Part shown: piece after piece, positions 25,717 to 38,021 of the stretch | Numbering within the stretch: the first letter of the stretch is position 1 | Layout of the letters: each line of letters starts with the position of its first letter | From: Takakia lepidozioides | Lineage: Eukaryota > Plantae > Bryophyta | Reading direction: 5' to 3' | Length of the DNA stretch: 64,000 nt | Assembly (NCBI GenBank): GCA_030704615.1 | Contig: CM060734.1 | Span: forward strand, 11,594,001-11,658,000 | Program-made: the position numbers and the translations under genes | The notes under the pieces: model-generated | Database searches by the model: none | Told to the model about the DNA's origin: nothing | The model's input: the letters and a program-made list of their open reading frames with translations, nothing else

Positions 25717-25734
25717 TGGCGACCATACTGGGGA
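25717..25734 (+). promoter_or_regulatory. Primer binding site (tRNA-Arg-like)
   Basis: TGGCGACCATACTGGGGA, 2 nt after the LTR; resembles the Arg-type PBS TGGCGACTCCACTGGGGA. Confidence 0.8.
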
Positions 25735-25771
25735 CCAACGGTATGTTGAGTTCAAGTGAACTCAAGGAAGG

Positions 25772-26173
25772 ATGGCTACTCAGTGATTTCAAAAGAATGA
25801 GTCAACGGAAGCAGAGGAATGGAAAGCATTCCTGAAAAAACTTCATGGCTTACCAGTAGCAATACAACAGAAGATCTTTCTTTCAATTGCGAAAGAAGAT
25901 GACAAATGGGGATTAAAGGGAGGAGTGATCAGTATTACACGAGCACCTTGGGAATGTAGAATCAGAAGTGAAGAATGGTTGTCTCGTCTAGCCTTATTGA
26001 TTACTCTAATCCCAATCAGAAAAGTTTGTTACACTAGTTATATTTTCAAGGAAGGATGTTCAAATTATGAATATTGTCATATGATCATAGAAGCAGTAGA
26101 GTACTGGATACCCAAAGACTTGTTACAAGTCAGATACACTGAGAAAGACAAATGGTATTATTGTGCCCATTAA
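25772..26173 (+). pseudogene. 5' accessory ORF1 of family 2
   Basis: MATQ*FQKNESTEAEEWKAFLKKLHGLP...WGLKGGVISITRAPWECRIRSEEWLSRLALLITLIPIRKV...YWIPKDLLQV; homologous to 36578-37273. Confidence 0.65.
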
Positions 26174-29100
26174 AAGATTGGTGATCAATAAGTAAAGGAA
26201 AATTAAGTCGTGATACGGATTCTGGCAAGATGGTGTAAATCTTTGAGAAAGGGTAGAGACCACTATAATTTTCTTTACTGACATACCAAGGCTTATTAAA
26301 GGGTGCTGAAAAGGAATTATGTATATGATGTGGGAATGAATGAGGAAATTAAGGAAAAAGCTAATCAAGACAGAGCTGAAAGAATAGAGAAATATGCTGC
26401 AGAAAGGGAAGCTCGGTTGAGAAAAGAGTTCCCGAAATTACAAAGCTTGAATATTATTCAAGGTGAGGCATCAAGACAAATTGACAGTGATAAACCAGAA
26501 GATCAGGAAATCGGATCTTTGGAAAGTGAGAACACTACACCAGAAGGAGTTGCAAGTAATGCACTTGGCGAATGGTTATCACAAGAAAGATCTAAAGGAC
26601 CTTCCATAGTAACAAGTCCAAATCGAGGTTTTGCTGAAATATTGGAAGAAAAATTTGAGAATATTCTGAGTGAAGAAGGTGAAAAAAGTGAAACTACTTC
26701 TTCAGAAAGGATAACCAGGACTGCACTCAAAGCTTTTAAAGACTCATTAAGCTTAGTAGGGACAACAGCTGGAAGACGGCTATCCTTGGGACAAGGACCT
26801 CCTAGTTTTGAATCATTGTTTGGAAGACCAACACCAACACCAACAACACCACTAGCCTTGACAATCCCAACACCAACACAGCCAGCAACAACAGGACCAT
26901 TTCAGTTTGGACAGCCGGTTGCACCAGCAGCACCAATGGCTTTAGCAGCAAGCAAAACCAGACCACCGTTTCCTTTATATGATAGGAAATCTGACCCAGA
27001 TATCCATCTCAATCAATTTGAGAACATGTGCACCATTTACAATGAAGCAACAAACCATGAAAAGATCCGATTATTTCCTTGTTCAATGGCCAAAAAAGGC
27101 ATTGAATGGTTGGCAACCTTTCCAGCCAATCACTTTGCAAATTGGGCGGATATGAGAGCCACATTTCAAGAACGATATAGATCCAACAAATCCACGTCTG
27201 AAATCTTCACAGGATTACAGAACCTGAGACAAAAAAAGAAAGAATTGGTAGTTGACTACCTGGAGAGAATGAAGACTCTAATCAGGAAGCTACCTCAAGC
27301 ACCAGGTAACGACTTGCAAAAATCATGGTTCATCAATGGACTGGAACTACAAAGATTTGAAGGGTATACCTTCCAACATCTGTCAGCACCGAATTGAATT
27401 GGAAGTTGACATGAAACCAATTCGTCAGAACCGTTACAGAATGAACCCCAACTATGCAGCTAAAGTTTGGGAAGAAATCAAGAAATTACTGGATGCAGGA
27501 TGCATATACCCAGTAGAGACACCACAATGGTTATCACCCATTGTGATAGTACCCAAGAAGAATGGAAAATTACGAGTATGTGTGGACTACCACAAATTAA
27601 ACGCAGGAACCAAGAAAGACCCCTTTCCACTACCTTTCACAGAGATAGTGTTGGACACAGTGGCAGGACATGAGATGTACTCATTCATGGATGGGTTCAG
27701 TGGGTACAACCAGGTGCATATGGCAGAAGAAGACCGAGAAAAGACCGCATTCATCACTGAATGGGGAGCCTATGCTTACAAAGTCATGCCATTTGGACTT
27801 TGCAACGCACCAACCACGTTTCAGCGAGCAGTATCTGAGATATTCAAGAATTATCTCAACGACTTTATGCAGGTATTTTTATGATTTCAGTGTCTTCGGA
27901 CAGAAATCCAAACACTTTGCACAGTTAAAACTTTGTCTATAAGTCTGCAGAAACAATGGAGTAAGTCTCAATCCGGAAAAATGTACATTTTGTATGAATT
28001 CAAGATTACTGTTGGGACACATTGTGTGCCAACAGGGAATTCTGGTGGATCCAAAGAAAGTGGATGTTATCCAGAAAATCCCAAGAAACTCAAGAGATTT
28101 CTGGGACAGACAAGCTATTACAGAAGGTGCATGGCCAAATATGCTCACAGAGCGGCACCAATCTATAGACTGCTGAAGAAGGATGCCGAATATCGATGGT
28201 CTCCAGCTTGCCAGGAATCATTTGATTCACTAAAAATGGCACTCACAACAGCACCAATTCTAATAAATCCAAGATGGGATCTACCATTTCATGTACACAG
28301 TGATGCATCAGGCATTGCTTTGGGGGCAGTTCTAGCCCAGAATGTGACAGGCACAATAGATTCACCAATCTATTATGCAAGCAGATTGCTGACAGCAGCT
28401 GAGAAGAACTATAGCACCACGGAAATGGAAGCATTGGCAATGATTTATGGTGTTGCTTGATGGTTATCACTTCTTCATGAATATGATTTTGAAGTTGTTC
28501 ATAAACCAGGAAGATTACATGTTACAGCAAATCATCTGTCAAGAATTACTACAGGAGAACCAGCCACAAGAGTAGAGGATCAACTTCCCGACGCATTTCT
28601 GTTTGCTGTTCAACCAGAAGCACAAGATGAAGAGACAGATCCTCTAGGCGCTCTGGGAGTGTTTCAAGGAGACTATGACCTCCGATTTGGTTTAATCACA
28701 CAATTTGGTTGCCCACTGGAATTCGTCAGTGATCAATGATCACATTTTATAAATGATGCCATAAAATGCTTAACGGAGGAGTTCATGATCGTACATCACA
28801 AGAGCACTGCTTACTATCCCCAAGGAAATGGCCAGGCCGAATCTACCAACAAGATATTATGCACTATCTTAACCAAGATAGTAAATGCCAATCGTACAGA
28901 TTGGGACACCAAAATGAACACAACACTATGGGCATTCAGGACATCATACAAGGTGACCACGAAACATACACCATTTCAACTGGTGTATGGATCAGAGGCA
29001 CTATTACCCATTGAATGCATGATACCCACACTACGAACCGGAACTCATAAACGATGGGGTTTAGAGGAATCTCTACGAGTCAGGGAACATGAGTTATTTC

Positions 29101-30302
29101 ATCTGGAAGAAGTTCGGGCAGACGCTGCAGATAACATGGCACGAATTCAAGAACAACGAAGAAAAAGAATATCCGAAGGGAAAGAAAAATCTTTCCAGGA
29201 CGGGGAAATTGTCTTATGGTTACCAAAAATCAAGAAGATCAAATTGGGAGGAAAATTGAAAATGCCATGGATGGGATCATTTCAAATCAAAAGGGTACAT
29301 GACAATGGAACTGTTGATTTGCAGACCTTGGAACAAGAATTCGTGGGACGAATTAATATTACAAGTTAAAAGGCTACAAAGGGATACATGACAAAGCCCT
29401 TATACATGACTTATACGCCAACGAGGAAGACCAAACCGCAGATGAGGAGCGTGAAACCGCCAGTGCATACTACATTCATCACGACACGGTGAATCGGCAT
29501 GTACTAAGACAGGTGGCAATACGAGTTCAGGGCACCACTACAGCTAGACCACCATTCATTTTGGAGGACAGCATTACCACCCCATATACCGTATGGTGAA
29601 CCGTGGCCAACACATATGCCCTACAGAACCGTGAACGAATACGAAGCAGCCAACGAGTCACTGCTTGTGTTAAACTCCGAAATGTACGCTCCAGATTACC
29701 CCACCGACCGTGGTAATCATACACCACTAACCATCGATCATAACACGGAGGAAGAACGACGGCGCAATCCAACGGATTGCCAAAAGGGGGCGGATAATAA
29801 GGGCAAAGCCATTAAACCAATCTGCAAGTACTGCGCACACGCCGCTCATCTAAAAACAGACCACATACCAAAATGGATGAACACATCCAAGATGGATGAA
29901 CGTAAACTGACCGAAATCGGACAATCATCAACAACCATCAGTCCAATCCAGGACAAACCACGATGAAAACACCAACGGAAGAAAATCAGGCACATCCAGA
30001 AAATGTATGAGGTCTATCCAAAATCGTGACCAGAAGCTAAATGCTTCTTGGTAAGCACGGGCCCAGCAATTAAAGCTAACTGCACTTTAAACCTAGGCGG
30101 ACAGCAAGACAAAATCACCTCCACGAGAACTCGAGAGAAGTTAGAGAAGAAGCCCACAGAGGAGAACCCCTACTTAAACCCAGACACCTTCTCTTCCGCA
30201 AACTGGAAATTGCCGTCTACACAACTTCCAGTGTGCTTCATACTGCTCTTGATATAGGAATTGGTGCTCCAATTCCTTACAGCAACAGCAAAACTATGGG
30301 AA

Positions 30303-31186
30303 ATGGCAGGCACCAAGCGGAAGACACCAATTAAGTTCTTATGCGCAAGTGAATTTCAAAATCAGCCCGGCGTTGCAGAAAATCGAGCAGGACACAGAGA
30401 CACAGGAGACGTTGGACAGTCTTGGCCTGCGGTACTTCATCACCACACTAGACTGGAACCTTAAGCACGACGAGCTGTACAGGGAGTTCTTGGAGAATTA
30501 CAACACCAGCACTCGAAGCACAAATGTCCGTGACACACAGATTCTATTGACGGAGAAGTACTTGGTGGAAGTGTTTCACCTTCCCAGTCTGGACGTATCG
30601 GCGCACAACGGCAAACCACCAAGGTTTATACTTGCGGACCCGTTTGAGAATCTCAACCAAGCCAATCAGGGCTACACATGCAGTCACAGCAAAAACCCCA
30701 GCTTTAAGAAGATAGCCCTGGTACTTAGCACGTTGCTTTGCCTTAGGCAAAACCACAGCTATTGCACCAAGGAGCTAATCGATCAAGTGTTGATTTGCCT
30801 CAATGGGCAATTCAGGCTTCTTATTGAAGAAGTTAACCCAGGAATTGACCAGGTTGACAAAGAAGAAGAAGGAAGTAACGGTTACCATGGTTACTCCCAT
30901 GTTACTCCAAATGATTCGACACACTGTACACTTGACACCCGAAGAGCAAACAATGTTGGAAATCATGCAGCGGGCAGAGACGATGGAGGAGGAAGAAAGC
31001 GAGACAGCAGCAGGTCAAGAGAAAAAAAACACAACAATTGGAAGAAGAGGGCGGACTTGCAAAGAGAGCCCGGATCAACGAAGCAACCACGAGTGCAATA
31101 GCAGAAAACATCTTCAACTCGACGGTTGATTCCACACTGCACAGAGAAAGACGGTGTTAACATGGCTAATTTCCATGGGTGTTGCT
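30303..31186 (+). pseudogene. 3' accessory ORF of family 2 (N-terminal part)
   Basis: WNLKH..REFLENYNTSTRSTNVRDTQILLTEKYLVEVFHLPS...QGYTC...LRQNHSY aligns by eye with 19202-19620. Confidence 0.75.
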
Positions 31187-34100
31187 TCATTGGTCTGCGG
31201 CTGGTTCCCTCCTTTTGGCTGCTTTAGCTTCCACCCACTTTGTAGTATAATCAGTGGCTGTGATTATATATTTGTTCTGTGTATTCTTGGCTGGTGGGTT
31301 AATTGGTCCAACAAAGTCTAGTCCCCATTTCTGAAATGGTTCAGTAGGCATCGTAGGATGCAAAGCCATCTTCCCAGATCTCTGCAATGGTCCTAGCCTC
31401 TGACACTCATCACAACTCTTACAATACTTGTGTACATCTTTGAACAAAGTAGGCCACCAGTAACCTGCAAGTAGTATCTTTCTACTGGTAGTCTCTTCTC
31501 CAAAATGACCTCCAGCCACTCCTTTATGAACTTCCTCCAAAACTTTATTTACTTCATGGTGATACAAGCATCGTTTAAGTACTCCATCAGGTCCTAGCTT
31601 ATACATTCTGCCCCCTACCATAGTATAAGGTAAAGTCTTGATAGAGATTCTCTTCCTCTGCTCCTTTCCATAACTAGGTGGGCACTGACCATGAGTAAGG
31701 TAGTATCTGATTGGCCACTGCTAATCTAACCAGTCATCTGCACTTCCCTGCACCTCCACCGCAAATAAACTCGCATCAGGTAATTGGTCGTCTACTCCTG
31801 TGGCGGGCTCTCTTGTTGATAGGCGTGACAAGTGATCTGCCACAAGATGCAAATGGCCAGGCTTGTAAACAACTTCAAACTCAAACTCGTGCAAGATTAT
31901 TAACCACCTTGCTATCCTTCCACTTATCAAAGGTTTGTTCACCAGATATATCAGAGCCTGGTGATCCACATAAAACATAAACTTCCTTCCCAATAGGTAA
32001 TGCCTGAATTTCTTGACTGCATAAATCATTGCCAATGCTTCTCTTTCAGTTGTGCTATAGTTCCTTTCAGCACTGTTCATCAACCTGCTAGCTTAGTACA
32101 CAGGTGAATCTATATTTCCTGTAACATTTTGGGCTAACACCGCTCCCAACGCTTCTCCTGAGGCATCACAGTGAACATGAAATATTACGTGCCAGTGAGG
32201 GTTAATCAACACAGGTGTAGTTGTTACTGACAATGTAAGTTCCTCAAAAGCATGTTGACATTCAGCTATCCATGCAAACACTGCATCTTTCTTCAGAAGC
32301 TTGCTCAATGGTGCTGCTATCTGTGCATACCGTCTGACAAATCTTCTGTAATAACTGGTTTGTCCAAGGAATCTCCTTAGACTCTTAACATTTACTGGTG
32401 GTGGAGAGGCTTTAATGGCCTCTGTCTTTCTGGGATCCACAAGAAGTCCCATCTTACACACAATGTGTCCCAAAAGCACCCTTGAGTTCACACAGAAAGT
32501 ACACTTCTCTGGATTCAGGCCCAGACCTCTCATCCTGCATCTGGCCAAACATAACTCCAATTTATGCAAGTGCTCATTCTTAGAGCTGTACACACAAGAA
32601 CACCTGCATGAAATCATCCAGATACTCATGAAAAGATTCGCTTATCACTCTCTCAAAGGTTGCTGGTGCATTACAAAGTCCAAAAGGCATGACTTTGTAT
32701 GCATAAGCACCCGAGTCTATGATGAAAGTTGTCTTTCCCTGGTCTTCTTCTGCCACTTGCACTTGATTATAACCACTGAAGCCATCCATGAATGAGTACA
32801 TCTCATGGCCTGCCACAGTGTCCAATACCGCTTCTGTGAATGACAAAGGGAAAGGATATTTCTTCGTACAAGCATTCAACTTCTTATAGTTCACACAAAC
32901 TCTCAGTTTACCATTCTTCTTGGGAAGTATTACAATGGGTGACAACCAAGTTGTATACTCTATCGGGTAATAAACTTAGCCTCAGCCAACTTCTTGATCT
33001 CTTCTCCAACCTTCTGTGCATAGTTGGGATTCATTCTGTACCTTGCCTGTTTGATTGGTACTGACCCTGGTTCCAGTTCAATCTTATGCTGACAGATCTC
33101 AGGTGGTATCCCTTTCAGATCCTTGTAGCTCCAAGCAAATACATCTTTGTATTTGATGAACAGACTCTTAGCTTCCTCAAAGAATTCTGGCTCCAAATCA
33201 GCCCCTACCTTCACCATCCTCGGTTCCTTTTCAGTTCCCACATTCACTTCTCTCACCTGCTCATCAGCTGTGATTGTCCAACCAGTCGCCACTTCATCAT
33301 GTAAACTCACAGTGGCTGGTTCTTCTAGGATTTCCATTTCTCCCTCTCTTTCTTCATAGAAATGTGGTGGGTAACTGCTTGTTTCACCCTCAATTGGTGT
33401 TGCTGTCACTACACCACAGCAGATACCTTTTAAACAACTTAGGCCTTCCAGTTGCATCTCTGCAACCTGCTCCCACTCTGGGTGTGCAGCGAACATGATA
33501 GCTTCCTGCTCCTCATCAAGTCCTCCCCTCCAGTCATACTCCCTGACCCCTCGAGGTCTTCTCATAGCAGGTAGTCTACTAGATTTCTTAGTGGTGATTT
33601 GTATCTTGTGCATCGCATCATGCACAGTTAGTAACTAGGAATTCCAATCATGGAATACCCTGGCCTGTTTCAGCCACGGTCGACCCAACAATAAGGAGTA
33701 AGCTTCCATGATTTCATCCATTTTCAACACAGTTACTATGATCTTAAAGATCATCTTTTGAATCTGTATCTTAACTCCTCTTATCAATCCCAATGGCTGT
33801 ACACTTCTTTGATTTGCCATTGTTACTGCAAATGGGGCTGGTTTCATGTTACTTAGACCAAGCTTTTGCCTTAATTGGTCTGTCATGATATTCACTCCAG
33901 AGCCTCCATCTATTAGTACATCAGTTAGTTTTGTGCTTCCAATTCTCAATTGGATTACTGGCATAGAATCATCAAAGTCCATGACTGTTTCTCGCCCTTC
34001 CGGCTTCACATTATAACTGGTCATCTTGCTGTTCAGGTCTGTGTTCCCTGTCACATGGGCAATTCGATTGATTGCTTGATACAGCCTGTGTCTACAATAA

Positions 34101-36577
34101 GGTGCCACAGCCAATAGTTGTCCAAAGGTAATCTCCGCTTTGGACTGGCATATTACTTCAGCCAAAGTCCCTTCATTACTCTGCATTTTTGCAGCTTCTT
34201 TCTTCCCTTCATCCTCACTCACTTCCTCTTCTCTTTCAGAATCAGAGGAATCTGCCATAGGAATATCAGTACTCTTCTGCATTTCCCTTATGGTATCTGC
34301 CACTTCCTTGTGCAGTTCCTTCTCATCTCTCCAAGCCTCATCATCTTCAGGCACATCACTGCCATCTTCATTATCATCACCTTCCTCATCTACTGGAGGT
34401 ATTATTTTGGCTTTTTCTTCTGGTTACTATCATTGTACTTACTTCTGGTACAACACATGGCCTAACCATGTGAGCTGCCACCACTGGCCCCTCATTCATA
34501 GGAGCTCTCATCACATTCTGGTGTCTGATCTAGAATGGACAGGCTACCTTGCGATGTCCTGCCTAATTACAATAGTAACACAGTTCTTCCCCATTAGGTC
34601 CTCGCCCTTGGTCTGTTCTGGGATTGTTTTTGTAATCCTGATTCCCTGGCTGGTAATTCCCCCTTGGATTACCCTGATAGTTGCCTCTGGAATTTCCTTG
34701 GAAATTCCCTCTTGGATTACCTCTCCTTCCATGCCATTGTTATAACCACCAGGCCTACCATAGTGGTCCTGATCACTGTTTCTTCTTGGTTGGGGTTGCA
34801 CTTGATGCACCCTTACTTGCCTAGGTTCTCTTGCTGCTGTCCTTCTGTTGTAGTAACAATTCTCAGTAGAATGGTTATCCATTTTACAGATAGTACAGTG
34901 TTTCTCCTTCATGTGACATTCAGTGGTGGTATGGCTTTCATTCTGGCATTTTGCACACCAAACACCCTTCCTCCAATGTGTTACAGCCTCTGTGGCATAC
35001 TTCTTCAAGATTTCTTCTAATCTTTTCTCATAGTTATCCCTCTTCAACTTTTCCTTCCTCTTACTCTTCTTCTTAAGCTCTTGCTCTTCTTCCTCATCTG
35101 ACTCATCCTCAGAGTCCTCATCATCCCTTTTCTCTCTCCTGAGCATTCCCAATTGCTCAATTCTGTTTGCTGTTTCAAATGCCTCCTCCATTGTATTATG
35201 GGGTAACATATCCACTTTCTTTTGCAACTCTGGTCTTAGTCCACTCACAAACCAAGTCTTCTGTAAACCTGGTGCTGGTACAGCAGCCAGCTTTTTCATC
35301 ATCAATTCCATCTTTTCCATATACTCCTCAACAGTTTCATGCTTCTTTTGCTTTAACTGTTGTAAACTTCCATACACTTCATCCTCAGTTTTACTTGTCC
35401 TGAACCTATTTCGGAATGCTGTATTCAAGCCATTCCAGGTTAGGAAATGATTATCAGGGAATCTTGCATACCATTCACTTGCTTTCTTTATAAGTGAACA
35501 AGGAAACAGTCTCATCTTGGCATCATCGCCATTTTCATTGTTCACAATACACATGTGCTCAAATTGGCTAATGTGTACATCAGGATCCCCTTTTCCTGAA
35601 TATATTGGAAAAGGTGATTTTGCCCGTGTTGGTTGTAACGCCATCTGTGGCCCTACCCCCTTGCTGGTGCTGGTCCTTGAGGACCTGTTGTAGTTGTGGT
35701 GGAACTTCCACCAAGTGCTGGCCCCTGAGCACTCCCTGCTACTGGCCCCACTATATTCACAGTATTCCCAGCTCCAGTTGCACTACTTCCCACACTCCCT
35801 ATCCCCCCAGAGCCAGATCCAGGCTGCCCGCCTGATCTTCCTGAGCCGACACCTTCGTTGCCCTGTGATCCAAGTGCTCCACTTGATCCAGGTCCAACGG
35901 GTTGGGATGTCCTGGTTGTAGTCTCAACCTCAGCTGTTGGGTCTACTTCTTCATACTATTCCTCTTCCAATTTCTTCTCTCTGTTTTCATCTTCCAAGTT
36001 CTGCCCTAGGGTTTCTTCTTCTTCACTCATGTAACTCAATTGCAATAGTGTTGGAGAGTCTGAACTCTCCGTTGGTTCTGCCCAAGTAGGCTTCCCATTT
36101 TTGCCTTTGCTTATTGGGAGTTGGTCATTTTGTGTCAACATAAGAGTTTTCAGGTGGCTAGTTTTGTCCAACTGACGTTTTTCATCAATAGAATCCTCCT
36201 TCTTCGTCTTCCATTTCAGAAACTGGAGTTCCTGCTTTTGGTGTTTCATGCCAACTCTTATCAAAGATTTCTGTCAAATCTTTTATCCAGGGATGTACCT
36301 CAGATCTTTCACCTCATGGTTGATTCATCTTCCTGTACCAATTCCCTTAATCTTTCTTGCAAAGAAAAAGAAGGAGTGACATCCAACTCTAGTTCTTCCG
36401 GTATGGGTGATGTACTCTCTGGTCTTAATGGTGTGAGAGGTCCAGATGATTCCCCTATGTCTATTCCTCTCTCCCAAAGATATGGATAATTAGCTTTCAG
36501 ATAACTTTCTCTTTTTGCTGAATATCTCTGGAGTCTAGCTTCTCTTTCATCACTCATGTCCCATGTCTTTCATTTCT

Positions 36578-37273
36578 TTAATGTGGCAATAACCAAAACT
36601 CTCTTTTGTAGTATTTCTCGTATATGCCTGGGTTTCTTTCAAGCTTCAATGCACCCTTGGCTATACTAGAAGTCTCCGTTACCATATAACCATATGGCAA
36701 ACAAGTCTGAAAAGCTGTTCTTGGTGTGAGTTTGATCCACAAAATATCCTTTGGAATCCAATTCTTTACCAGTATAAGCTCCTCATGCATATGAGTATAA
36801 ACATTCACCTTCCTTTCCTCCCAGCCTTCAAACTCTACTCGTTTAATGGATAGCAATGTTATCACATAAACCAGTGTTGGTAACCAATGTGCTCTTCCTC
36901 TACAGGCCACCTGATAAATCTTTATCACTCATTTCTCCAGACCCAACTCAGGGTCAGCATCATGCACTCTCTTAAGAATGTCTTCCTTACAACCGTCTGG
37001 CAATTCCAAGAACCTCTGAAAGAATTGTTTAGACAATCTTTCCTTCTCAGTTCCACAGGGAATTTGAATCACATCAAATTCTTTAATTCTCCAACCACCA
37101 TGATCCCACCAGATGCCTGTCACATCTGGTTGTTCATGACCCAGTTCCCCAGTATGGTCGCCAAATGTCGAACGGCTTTTACTCACCCATCCCTTCGTTA
37201 TCCGAGGTGGAAACTCCAAGATAGAAGAGTTGGATATCTCTAAGCACTCAGCCCGCTCAGAACAATCAGTCAT
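36578..37273 (-). pseudogene. 5' accessory ORF1 of family 1 (~231 codons, one internal TGA), initiating inside the LTR
   Basis: ORFs 36929-37273 and 36578-36928 are contiguous in frame; the ATG lies 108 nt inside the LTR end. Confidence 0.7.
37146..37163 (-). promoter_or_regulatory. Primer binding site (tRNA-Arg-like), identical to that of family 2
   Basis: Reverse complement TGGCGACCATACTGGGGA, 2 nt after the LTR. Confidence 0.8.
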
Positions 37274-38021
37274 GACCTGCAGCTAGTGAATCATGGTTGT
37301 GCTTCTTATTTGTATTCCCTTCCTGCCTTCATGTTATCAATTTACCTTATCGTGTATATTGAAGCATCAGATTGCTTCAGTATCTACTAAGTTCTAATTA
37401 ATCATGCATTCATTCCATAGCTTCTCTCGTGTCTCTCTACACATTATGTTTGTATTGATTCAGTATTGGATTAAGATTAATCATGTATCATGCCTATGCC
37501 ATGGTGTCTCTATTCTATCCTACTGTATAATTTTACAGCTTGCATGAACTAAGCCTCATTCAAGTCATCATCTCCTCTTCACTGTTTCCGCTCTCCGTTA
37601 CGTCTCTTCCTCTCCTGAACAAGTCGCCCTCCTCAAGATGTGATCCCCTTCCTGTTGCCGCTCTGCCTAATCTACCCGCAAGCTGTTCTAACCACCTAAC
37701 TAACTAACCGTCACCCCTGAAGTAACACGTTCCCTTTGCAGATGTCGTTCCCACACAGTCGTTCCCTGTCAATGATAACTGTTCCCCATGTATTGTGACA
37801 GGCTGTGTCAAGCTGTGCGGAGCTGTGACTGGCTGTGTAAGTGTGAGGGGGTGTGTTTGTATTGGCTGTGTGATGGCTGTGCGAAGCTGTGTCGGGCTGT
37901 GTAAACCCCCCTAAAGTCTGCTTCTGCCACCCTAAGGCTCCTGTTGGTCTCAGTCTGCGCAAAAAATTAGGGTCCCCACAAAACCCGTAAAAGCGTCTAA
38001 GTCCCAAGCAGCCCTCTAACA
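37166..38021 (-). repeat. 5' LTR of family 1 (856 bp)
   Basis: TGTTAGAGGGCTG...CCGTTCGACA on the minus strand; homologous to 22702-23733. Confidence 0.9.

Larger units (their letters stand above)
24705..31186 (+). mobile_element. Ty3/Gypsy family 2, internally deleted: LTR-PBS-ORF1-gag//RT-RNaseH//INT-accessory ORF (3' truncated)
   Basis: gag (PDIHLNQFE, LRQKKKELVVDY) fused at ~27340 to RT (FMDGFSGYNQ). RNase H (VHSDASG, NYSTTEMEALA), integrase core (YYPQGNGQAESTNK). The protease region is deleted. Confidence 0.9.
31187..38021 (-). mobile_element. Ty3/Gypsy family 1, 5' two-thirds: LTR-PBS-ORF1-gag-PR-RT-RNaseH-INT (truncated); Athila-like organisation
   Basis: gag 36557 to ~34500 with CCHC knuckles; LIDGGSGVN protease; RT; RNase H (HCDASG, YVDHQAL, ADHLSRL); integrase HHCC (H..GGH..CDEC) and WGLDFVGP. 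Order PR-RT-RH-INT with no extra archaeal-type RNase H between RH and INT. Confidence 0.93.

Noticed and set aside
22702-38021. The two family 1 LTRs as ends of one element
   Set aside because: They are in inverted orientation, differ in length and belong to separate insertions (one follows a PPT, the other precedes a PBS).
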